64,000 nt of DNA, taken from NCBI GenBank assembly GCA_963786955.1, contig CAWBAT010000006.1, forward strand, positions 384,001-448,000. The letters run 5' to 3'. The notes under the pieces are model-generated. The model made no database searches. It worked only from the letters and a program-made list of their open reading frames with translations, and had not been told where the DNA came from. The translations under genes were made by a program, and so were the position numbers. This DNA comes from an uncultured Acidimicrobiia bacterium (lineage in GTDB: Bacteria > Acidobacteriota > Terriglobia > Versatilivoradales > Versatilivoraceae). Shown piece by piece: positions 54,536 to 63,243 of the stretch (the stretch's first letter is position 1; every line of letters starts with the position of its first letter).

Positions 54536-55177
54536 ATGATCAATCTGATCACGATCTCAAGGGAACGAGGCAGCGGTGGGCGTCCCCTTGCTCAACGGCT
54601 GGCTGCAGAACTCGGGCTGAAGTGCTATGGGAAAGAGATCCTCTACGAAATTGCCCAAAGTGCCGGAGTCAGCGAAGAATCTGTCGAAAAATTCGATCAA
54701 GAGCATTACAACAAGTGGCATCTCATGGTGGACTCATTGCGAATGAGCACCCATTTGTCTCCTGACTACGGGCTCGGTTTCAATTTGTCTGCCATCGAAC
54801 CTGAAATATTCTTCACCCAGGATCGATACCTCAAAGCAACTCAGGAGATCCTCAAAAAGCTGGCCAGCCATCCCGGTGTGATCCTTTTGGGAAGAGGCGC
54901 CCAGGTCATTTTCAAAGACCGTACCGACGCGCTTCATATCCGTTTGGTAGCCCCACTGAACATCCGGATCAAAAGGATCCAGGAACTCCTGAAGTTGAGC
55001 GCGAAAGAGGCAGCCAGACACGTGACAGATATAGACAGATCCAGGGCAGCTTACTTAAGGGATTTTTATGGTGTCGATGTGAATGACTCCGTGTATTACC
55101 ACCTCACCATCAACTCAGGTTTGATGGATTATGGTCAAGCACTGGATATGATCAAGCGGGCAATGGAGATTTTGTAA
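54536..55177 (+). CDS. Cytidylate kinase-like family protein
   Basis: ITISRERGSGG, VILLGRGA, D..R..Y. Confidence 0.88.
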   Translation: MINLITISRERGSGGRPLAQRLAAELGLKCYGKEILYEIAQSAGVSEESVEKFDQEHYNKWHLMVDSLRMSTHLSPDYGLGFNLSAIEPEIFFTQDRYLKATQEILKKLASHPGVILLGRGAQVIFKDRTDALHIRLVAPLNIRIKRIQELLKLSAKEAARHVTDIDRSRAAYLRDFYGVDVNDSVYYHLTINSGLMDYGQALDMIKRAMEIL

Positions 55178-55346
55178 TCGCGGATAACCGAATGTGCGTC
55201 AGCGTCACTAGGTCGAGCGGATCGCGTGGGAAGGCGGTCCCACGCGCGTCGCTCCATGAAAGAGCATGCCAAGAGCAAACTAGATCGGCGGTTTCATTCT
55301 CAAAGGGAACTGAAGCCGCATTCGTGAGCACCGAACGAATGGGCTG

Positions 55347-55525
55347 CTATCGCGGGAATAAGAAACATGAGCCAGCTTAGGGCTATAGCAACCAGCAGGA
55401 AGGAAAAGAATAGATAGATTCCATACCGTAAGTCGTTCTCGGAATGTATCTTTGGAAGTTAAGGAAAAAACAATCGAAACACAGAAGGCAAATACCGTCA
55501 GAGCGACAAAATGGGAGATCTCCAT
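55347..55525 (-). CDS. Small two-TM membrane protein (frameshifted)
   Basis: MEISHFVALTVFAFCVSIVF.. followed by a second hydrophobic stretch ending WLMFLIP. Confidence 0.55.
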
Positions 55526-55529
55526 AATT

Positions 55530-55911
55530 TCACTTCTTTCGTCCAATGGCAATATCGTAGGCATTGAGCGTGACCAGCAAGTTCAGCAATCCGGATACAG
55601 CCATAAAGGTATTTCCATAATCGAAAGAAGGGTTGTGAGCGTTCCCTGCCCCATAACCCCAATTCTTCGCGAAAACATAGGGCAAACCATTACTCACATC
55701 CGCAAAAAAGAACAGCGTCGTAATGAATTCCGTCAGATCCAGATCATGTAATTTTCCCTCCACCACCAAACCCAAACAGAATAAAGACAAGATAGCAAAG
55801 GCAAAAAGCAAGGCTCTGATCCACTTCCCCAGTAATAAATGCCCCAGCCCGGGGAAAAGAAGTCCTCCGAGGACGGAACCAATGATCTTTAACTTGCCTG
55901 GATATAGCCAT
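55530..55911 (-). CDS. Membrane protein (DUF6677-like), 5' frameshift
   Basis: PGLGHLLLGKW, YGNTF..SGLLNLL..AYDIA.GRK. Confidence 0.7.
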
Positions 55912-55923
55912 TGGGAAATGGAA

Positions 55924-56220
55924 CTAGCCCTTATCTAAACCTCGTAAAAACTGCTGGAAATTTTCTTCCGGAAATTGTTCCAGCAAGAGAACTTTCTGCC
56001 TAGAGAAAACACCGGCCCGAATGGAAATCTTCGACTTCGGCAGGTGGAGCAATCCAGATATCAGACTGATGAGCTCTTCATTGGCTTTGCCATCCACTGG
56101 AGGCGCGGCCAAACGGACTTTCAAGAAATCTCCTTCGATTCCTTGAATCGCGCTAGGCGCCGCTCCCGGCCGAACTTTCACAGAAAAGCTTAGACCCTGA
56201 CGCCCTACCTGGTATTTCAT
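55924..56220 (-). CDS. DUF167/YggU family protein
   Basis: VKVRPGA, LAAPPVDGKANEEL, G..SRQK. Confidence 0.9.
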   Translation of the reverse strand: MKYQVGRQGLSFSVKVRPGAAPSAIQGIEGDFLKVRLAAPPVDGKANEELISLISGLLHLPKSKISIRAGVFSRQKVLLLEQFPEENFQQFLRGLDKG

Positions 56221-56243
56221 AAAATCGGGATCCTGTTCCCTTG

Positions 56244-56939
56244 TTATCGTCTCGGTCCAAAGATGGCGGTGCCCAGTCGCACCAAGGTCGCTCCTTCCTC
56301 GATGGCTACTGGAAAATCATGGCTCATTCCCATTGAAAGTTCATTCATCGACACATTTTCAATTCTCAACTCTCCTAGTGTTTCTGCCAAACGACGCAGC
56401 CTGAAAAAATAAGAGCGAACTTCTTCAGGGTCTTCATGGAAGGGAGGAACACACATCAGCCCCCGAATCGACAAATTCCTCAATAGAGCCATTTTTTCCA
56501 CCAGATCGGGGACATCTTCCTCGACGACCCCCGACTTTGAAGGCTCCTTCTCTAGGTTGACTTCAATCAAAACAGGCATTTTCTTCCCAGAAAGTTCACC
56601 GACTCGATTGATCTTCGAAGCCAATTCAATGCTCTCCACTGTGTGAATCCAATCAAAGATTTCAACGGCCTTGTTTACCTTATTTTTTTGTAAGGGTCCA
56701 ATCAGATGGAAGGTATACGGACGCAGATTCAACAGCGGTTTCTTGGCCACTGCTTCTTGAACTCTATTTTCCCCCAAATGTTGAATGCCTGCCTCTAGAG
56801 CGTGGTTAATTCTTTCCGCGTCGATCGTCTTAGAAACAGCTATCAGCTTAATCGCTTCGGGACTTCTTCCGGCTTTGGCCGCAGCTTTTTCAATCGCCTC
56901 GCGAATCTTTTGAACGTTTGCCTGAATATCTATTCCCAT
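56244..56939 (-). CDS. yggS: YggS family PLP-binding protein
   Basis: AVSKT, GENRVQE, HLIGPLQKNK, LSMGMSHD, VRLGTAIFG. Confidence 0.95.
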   Translation of the reverse strand: MGIDIQANVQKIREAIEKAAAKAGRSPEAIKLIAVSKTIDAERINHALEAGIQHLGENRVQEAVAKKPLLNLRPYTFHLIGPLQKNKVNKAVEIFDWIHTVESIELASKINRVGELSGKKMPVLIEVNLEKEPSKSGVVEEDVPDLVEKMALLRNLSIRGLMCVPPFHEDPEEVRSYFFRLRRLAETLGELRIENVSMNELSMGMSHDFPVAIEEGATLVRLGTAIFGPRR

Positions 56940-57198
56940 CTGAAACGGCCAATTCCCATCTTTGTCTTTTCGAAGCTCAACCCTCGGCGTGCGCAGCAAA
57001 ACACCCACTCGTCAAAGCGCTTCATCTTACATCATGTCGGGTCGTATCTCCAAACTGACAACGTGCGCTTTCCCCCGCCCTTGTTTGAATCCCGTTGTTA
57101 TGCTACTTTTCAGTCGTTGTTCGTGACCCAATTTCTAAATGCATCAGACCTCTGGATCGGCCGTTCATTTCTTAAAGCCCATATTTGTCGGATGAATC

Positions 57199-57822
57199 AT
57201 GGCACTATTCATATCCTTTGAAGGAATTGACGGATCGGGAAAGTCTACTCAGATCAGGCTGCTAGAGTCCTATCTATGTAAGCAAGGAGTTCCCGTTGTG
57301 GTTGCGCGGGAACCTGGCGGGACAGAAGTGGGAAACACCATTCGCCAAATCTTGCTGCATTCTAAGAATACCCGCTTGAAGCCAATCAGCGAGCTTCTCC
57401 TTTACTACGCCTCACGTTACCAAAATTTACATGAAAAGATCCTGCCCGCCCTTACGGCAGACCAGTGGGTGTTATGCGATCGGTTTGCCGATGCGAGCAT
57501 GGCTTATCAGGGCTATGGTCGCGGAATACGGCTTGATTTTATCCGGCTCTTGGACCAGGAAGTGATCCAGAAGCGTATCCCCGACCTCACCCTCTATATC
57601 GATATAGACCCTCTCATAGGCCTTTCGAGGGCCCGTGGGCGGAATCAACAAAGCCGCCATGATGAAGGAAGATTTGAGAATGAGTCCGTAGAGTTTTTCA
57701 CGAAAGTGAGAGAAGGTTATTTGAGATTGGCGAAAGACAATCCCCTTCGAATCAAAACCATCGATGGGGATCAGTCAATCGAAGCGGTACATCGCGACAT
57801 TCTTTGTCATCTCCCGAAGTAA
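57199..57822 (+). CDS. tmk: Thymidylate kinase
   Basis: FEGIDGSGKSTQ, REPGGT, DRF..S.AYQG. Confidence 0.96.
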   Translation: MALFISFEGIDGSGKSTQIRLLESYLCKQGVPVVVAREPGGTEVGNTIRQILLHSKNTRLKPISELLLYYASRYQNLHEKILPALTADQWVLCDRFADASMAYQGYGRGIRLDFIRLLDQEVIQKRIPDLTLYIDIDPLIGLSRARGRNQQSRHDEGRFENESVEFFTKVREGYLRLAKDNPLRIKTIDGDQSIEAVHRDILCHLPK

Positions 57823-57955
57823 GTTGGGAGCCTGGGTTCTCGCTCGCATCAGAGAGTATTCTTCTTTGCCTTTCTCGGAATCTTCCCGCCCCTAAGATTC
57901 GCCGGTTGCTCATTAAGGGAACACTTTTAAGCCAACAAGTTCAAGTGAACGCAAT

Positions 57956-58980
57956 ATGGGATTCGATCAATTTCAGGGAAACCGCAACGTAGTCGACACC
58001 CTCAAGCTCCAATTAGAGAAAGGGTGTCTGCCCCATTCTCTGCTGTTTTCTGGGATTCAAGGCATAGGCAAAGCAACACTTGCTCTCTACTTGGCCAAAG
58101 CCACCAACTGCCAGACAAACCAAACGGACTTTTGCGATTCCTGCCCAAGCTGCCGGAAAATCGATTCGGGAATGCACCCGGATGTCCGTCTCTATCAGCC
58201 AGACGGGCAATTCATCAAGATTGATCAAATGAGAACCCTTAGTCGAGAAGCATTCTATTATCCTTTCGAAGGACGGCGCCGGGTATTCATGATCGATGAG
58301 GCCGACCGCATGAACCCGGAAGCAGCGAACTCCATCTTGAAAACCCTAGAGGAACCACCTGAAAGCTCGATTTTGATTTTGGTTACGGCCAAACCGAATG
58401 ATTTGCTGCCGACAATTCGATCGCGTTGTCAGCTTTTTCGATTTCTGCCATTACCCCAATCGGAGATGGAGCAACTCTTGTCCAAGCGAGACGACTTGTC
58501 CAGCCAAGATCGTCTTCTAGTTTCCCGAATTGCCGGAGGGAGTGCGGCTACAGCCCTGACGTTTGATTTGCCGACTTACAGAGTACACCGCCAAGAAGTG
58601 ATTCATTTGTTAGAGGCTTGCCTTGGAAAGCTCAGTTATGTTTCTGCTCACAAACAGATCAGTGAAATTCTAGACAAGAGAGCACTCTCCTATTTCGAAG
58701 AAAAAATGCAGATCCTGCAGAGTCTCTTGCGGGATGTCTATTTGCTAAAACTGGACCCCTCTACCCCTTTCCTGATAAATCTGGACCTCGTCGAGACTAC
58801 TGGACAAGCTCGGTCAGTCTACTTCATTGGATCGAATTCAACGTGCCACAAACATTTTATGGCATCTCGAAAGAGGCGCCTCCAGAAACCTCAACAAGAA
58901 TCTGGCTCTCGATCAGTTTGTGTTTGAACTGAGCGGAGAGTATTCTGGCCTGAATCAGAAAAACTTCTCATGAGTTCTTG
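57956..58980 (+). CDS. holB: DNA polymerase III delta-prime subunit (3' frameshift; end approximate)
   Basis: C..C..C..C zinc site, HPD, AANSILKTLEEPP, LLPTIRSRC; follows tmk. Confidence 0.92.
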
Positions 58981-59188
58981 CATCACGCGTCGATCGGAAT
59001 GAGGATGGTTCTTCGGAGTCTTCTTCCTGCTATGCTTTCCCAAACCTCTTTCCGTCCGGTCTGGCTCTAAATGGAGTTTTGATTCTACATCCAAAGGAAC
59101 ACAACGGCTCTCCACGGGACAAAGGCCTGTCAGTTCAACCGAAACTGGAACTTCCCTTTTAGGCGCATGATGCCTCAAGGAATTTCAT

Positions 59189-59357
59189 GTAATGCGTTAG
59201 TTACGGGGGGAAATCTTTAAGGGCAAGGCCTTCGGTGACGATTTGAGGTTGTCGCTTCTGTAGCGGCTGAGTGGGTAGGGACGGACCGCCGGGCCGTCCG
59301 CGGCGCGCTCGGCGAGCGCGCCCTACCAGAAATTCCCCCCGATAACTAACGCATAAC
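59189..59357 (+). mobile_element. MITE copy 3 (169 bp)
   Basis: GTAATGCGTTAGTTA...TAACTAACGCATAAC flanked by a perfect 8-bp TSD, AATTTCAT. Confidence 0.93.
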
Positions 59358-59630
59358 AATTTCATCAAGTTTCTCCTTGTTGCGGCTATGGAATTATGTT
59401 AATTTTTTTTAAACAGTAGTCCGGTGATGTCCGGAGAGGAATATTCCCCCTTCGGTTTTCGCTCGAGCCTCTTATTGTTATCCAAAAGAATTGTCTACCC
59501 GCTGAATCCTTCACTTCGGGAGATTCCCCCGGGCAAGGAAGACCCAAGATCGTCGAACCGCTTCAGAGTAGCAGAGTGCCTTGGATAACCTCTTTCCTAG
59601 ATGTTAATTGATATTCTTGGCGGGAGGGCA

Positions 59631-59975
59631 ATGATAACCATGAGACAAAAACCAGAGCATGATTTCATGAACAGAAGACTGATTCGGCCTTCGCTTGCTG
59701 ATATCAAAGAGAAGATGACGGTGCGTTCTCAAAAAAAGAAACCGTCTCCCCAAGAGCAAACCAATGCAGAGAGCTTCTATTACCTGAAACAAATGCAGAA
59801 TCGCACTCCGATGGTCATCTTGTTGCAAGATGGCCAGCAGTTGAGGGGGATTATCGAGTGGTATGACAAGAACTGCATTAAGGTAAACCGAGAGGCCGAA
59901 CCCAATCTGCTTGTGTATAAACACTGCATTCGCTACATGTACAAAGAGAACGAAGACAAGAATAGTGACGAATGA
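59631..59975 (+). CDS. Hfq-like (Sm-fold) RNA chaperone paralog 2
   Basis: TPMVILLQDGQQLRGIIEWYDK..LLVYKHCIRY (YKH motif); GGAGG RBS. Confidence 0.82.
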   Translation: MITMRQKPEHDFMNRRLIRPSLADIKEKMTVRSQKKKPSPQEQTNAESFYYLKQMQNRTPMVILLQDGQQLRGIIEWYDKNCIKVNREAEPNLLVYKHCIRYMYKENEDKNSDE

Positions 59976-59978
59976 TGG

Positions 59979-61121
59979 TTGTCCCGCATGAGATTGTCAC
60001 CGGGGTTGCGCCGCGTTCTAGGCAGTTGTGTATGGCTGCTGATTGGGTATAGCCAGATCCGCTGTAATGAAAAGCCTGTTCCTGGGGGCGCTCCGCCTTT
60101 CTCTTATGCCTATGTGACAAACCTCGGGAACCACACGGTTTCGGTCATTGACTTACATTCTTTCAAGAATATTAAGACGATTCCCGTTGGGAAATCCCCT
60201 GACCGGATCGTGGCTAGCCCCGTGGCCGACCTGCTCTTGGCGGCCAATCTTGAATCCTCCTCCATCAGTGCAATTGATTCCAAGAATCAGGTCGTCAAAA
60301 AGAACCTGACCGTTGGAAGAGATCCGATCGACATCACCTTCTCCCCCGACGGACGATTCGCGTATGTCGCTTGTTATAGCTCCAATCTCGTCGCGGTCAT
60401 TGATTGCCAATCTCTCAATGTTGTCCGGAATATCAAGACCCAACGTGGCCCCGTTTCCCTCAAATTTTCAGACATCCAAAAGAAGCTGTGGGTCGTGCAT
60501 CAAGTGGAGAACACCGTTGGCATTATTGACCTGATACAGCTGACAATGGTCGACTCAATTCCATTGCCAAAAGGCCCCTATGGTCTGATTTTTTTGCCGG
60601 ATGACTCCAAGCTTTTCGTGGGCAGTTCCGCGACGGACACGGTAACGGCAATCGATGTCAAAAACCAGAAGCTAATCTCGACACTGTTTTCCGGGAGAAC
60701 CCCGTTGCAGATGGTCATGAAACCTGACGGTGGAGAAATTTATGTCAACAACTTCGATGCGGATTCCGTCACGATCATCAACACGGCTACTTGTGAGTTG
60801 AATGGGTCCTTCACCGTCGGCAAAAATCCAATCTGTGGGGTGATTTCAAGAGATGGAAATAGGCTTTACGTCGCCAACCATGGTTCGAACACGGTCTCTG
60901 TCCTGGACCCCCCGAATGGCCGTCAGGTTATCGCCTCGATTGCCGTCGGGATGCATCCCGAAACCGTTGCTCTGACGCCTGACGATCTTTTTCTCTTTGT
61001 CCTGAATTCCGGCTCTAACGATGTCTCCGTTATTCGTACGGATCTAATCCAGCCAGGAAATAGTGCCTTGTATGCGGTTATCCCCACGGGAGCAAATCCG
61101 TCATCGATCGCCATCAAGTAA
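59979..61121 (+). CDS. YVTN/YncE-type beta-propeller protein
   Basis: Repeated YV.N.GS.TVSVID...I.VG..P units after a signal-like N-terminus. Confidence 0.92.
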   Translation: MSRMRLSPGLRRVLGSCVWLLIGYSQIRCNEKPVPGGAPPFSYAYVTNLGNHTVSVIDLHSFKNIKTIPVGKSPDRIVASPVADLLLAANLESSSISAIDSKNQVVKKNLTVGRDPIDITFSPDGRFAYVACYSSNLVAVIDCQSLNVVRNIKTQRGPVSLKFSDIQKKLWVVHQVENTVGIIDLIQLTMVDSIPLPKGPYGLIFLPDDSKLFVGSSATDTVTAIDVKNQKLISTLFSGRTPLQMVMKPDGGEIYVNNFDADSVTIINTATCELNGSFTVGKNPICGVISRDGNRLYVANHGSNTVSVLDPPNGRQVIASIAVGMHPETVALTPDDLFLFVLNSGSNDVSVIRTDLIQPGNSALYAVIPTGANPSSIAIK

Positions 61122-61201
61122 TGAATTGACGCCACGGTAAGAACGGAAACCCAAGCTGAGATCATTCTGTGACCGCTTTGGGTTACAGATCAGGACGGTG
61201 T

Positions 61202-62068
61202 ATGCAAGCCAGTTCCAAGACAACCCTTCGCCAACTATTGAGCCGAGATCAGATTTTGGTAGCCCCCGCTTCTTACGATATGGTTTCGGCCAGACTGATT
61301 GAGCGCGCAGGTTTCGAGGCCGTCTACCTTTCAGGTTACGGCCATTCCGCCTCCCACCTGGGCTTGCCTGATGCAGGCTTAATTTGTTTCTCCGAGATGC
61401 TCGAGCGATTGCATCATCTGGTTTCCGCGGTGGGCATCCCGGTCATTGCCGACGGGGATACGGGTTTCGGAGGAGTTCTCAATATCCGCAGAACCATTCA
61501 GGAGTATGAGGGGGCCGGAGCACAGGCGATTCAAATCGAAGATCAGGAGATCCCCAAAAAATGCGGTCATACATCCGGCAAGCGCCTGGTCGCCACCGAA
61601 GAGATGATCAAAAAAATTGAAGCGGCGGTGGCTTCCCGACGGAGTGACCGCTTGATGATTATCGCCCGGACCGACGCCGTCTCCGTGCAGGGTTTTGACG
61701 AGGCCGTGCGCCGAGCGCGTCATTATCGGGCGGCTGGCGCCGACATCCTGTTCATTGAATCACCGACCACATTAGACCAACTTCGGCAAATTCCGCAATT
61801 GCTCGAAAGCCCCATCATGATCAATCAAATCGAAGGCGGGAAAACGCCCATTTTGACCGTTCAGGAACTGGAGGCCATGGGCTACAAGCTGGTCGCCTAT
61901 GCTTTGACGACTCTGATGGCATCGGTACGCGCAATGCAACGTGTTTTGAAAAGCTTGCGGAAGAACGGCGCCCCCCAAAGTTATGCCGATGAGATCACCA
62001 GTTTCGATGAACTCGATGAATTGTTAGGTTTTCCTGAAGCGAGAGAGTGGGAAAAACGTTTCCGGTGA
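61202..62068 (+). CDS. Isocitrate lyase/PEP mutase family enzyme
   Basis: DGDTGFG, IEDQ..PKKCGH, IARTDA. Confidence 0.92.
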   Translation: MQASSKTTLRQLLSRDQILVAPASYDMVSARLIERAGFEAVYLSGYGHSASHLGLPDAGLICFSEMLERLHHLVSAVGIPVIADGDTGFGGVLNIRRTIQEYEGAGAQAIQIEDQEIPKKCGHTSGKRLVATEEMIKKIEAAVASRRSDRLMIIARTDAVSVQGFDEAVRRARHYRAAGADILFIESPTTLDQLRQIPQLLESPIMINQIEGGKTPILTVQELEAMGYKLVAYALTTLMASVRAMQRVLKSLRKNGAPQSYADEITSFDELDELLGFPEAREWEKRFR

Positions 62069-62202
62069 AAGGAATCTCGAAGAACGCAAAATCATTCCTG
62101 GAATGGGATGAGTCGGTTCCAGGACGTCTCAAGTTTTATCCAAAGAATTAAACATCAGTCTTTGGGTTTCATTCTTGCTCTTCCCATCCATTCATAGATT
62201 CG

Positions 62203-63243
62203 ATGATGAATCGACGGCAATTCATGCATACTTCACTCTCACTCTGTACGGCCGGGAGGCTAGCGGCAGAGGGTTCCGTGCCGGTCGAGGGTTCCTCACA
62301 TAAAGAGGTCCATACCGTGCTTGGCCCCATTGAAGCAAGAAGACTCGGCCTAACGCTTATTCACGAACACATTTTGGTTGATTTCATCGGGGCAGACAAG
62401 GTCCATCCGGACCGCTATGATTCAGTTGAGGTGCAGAAAGTAGTCCTCCCTCATCTCCTGCAACTCTATAGTGCAGGGTGCCGTACCGTGGTTGAATGTA
62501 CACCGGCTTACATGGGCCGCGACCCGGAACTTCTTAAGAAACTTTCTAAGGCCAGCGGTCTCCATTTGATCACAAACACGGGTATCTATGGTGCCGCCGA
62601 CGACAAATTTGTGCCCGTATTCGCCCAGCGGGAATCGGCGGAAGACCTAGCCCAACGCTGGACTCAAGAATTTGAAAAAGGGATCGATCAGACCGGGGTT
62701 TGCCCAGGGATTATTAAAATTGGAATTGATCCGGGGCCTCTTTCGAAAATAGATGCCAAATTGGTACGGGCAGCGGCGTGGACACATCGGAATACAGGCT
62801 TATCCATCGCCACCCATTGCGGGGACGGCACCGCCGCCTTGGAGGCAATAGAAATACTAAAGGAAGCACGGGTTGCCCCCGATGCATTTGTCTGGGTGCA
62901 TGCACAGGCTGAGAAGGATAGAAATCTGCACCTGATGGCCGCTCGAGAAGGCGCCTGGCTGGAATTTGACGGCGTTGGCAAGGAAACCATGGAACAACAT
63001 CGAGACCTCCTCTGGACGATGAAATCCTACCATCTTCTCAGCAAGGTGTTGATTTCCCAAGACGCCGGTTGGTATCACGTCGGTGAAGCCAGTGGAGGTA
63101 GTTTTCGTTCTTACGAATTCCTGTTCGAGCAATTCGTTCCGTACCTGCGGCGGGCAGGGATTTTACCGGGCGAGATTCAGCAATTGCTAACCGACAATCC
63201 ACGACAAGTCCTGACTCCAAAAGTGAGAAAACCAATTCTATGA
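62203..63243 (+). CDS. Phosphotriesterase-family amidohydrolase with Tat-like signal
   Basis: NRRQF, TVLGPI, HEH, KIG, THC, VHA, SQD. Confidence 0.88.
   Translation: MMNRRQFMHTSLSLCTAGRLAAEGSVPVEGSSHKEVHTVLGPIEARRLGLTLIHEHILVDFIGADKVHPDRYDSVEVQKVVLPHLLQLYSAGCRTVVECTPAYMGRDPELLKKLSKASGLHLITNTGIYGAADDKFVPVFAQRESAEDLAQRWTQEFEKGIDQTGVCPGIIKIGIDPGPLSKIDAKLVRAAAWTHRNTGLSIATHCGDGTAALEAIEILKEARVAPDAFVWVHAQAEKDRNLHLMAAREGAWLEFDGVGKETMEQHRDLLWTMKSYHLLSKVLISQDAGWYHVGEASGGSFRSYEFLFEQFVPYLRRAGILPGEIQQLLTDNPRQVLTPKVRKPIL

Noticed and set aside
53377-54765. Glycerate kinase with a novel Cys-rich C-terminal extension
   Set aside because: The extension results from frameshifts running out of frame over the next gene.
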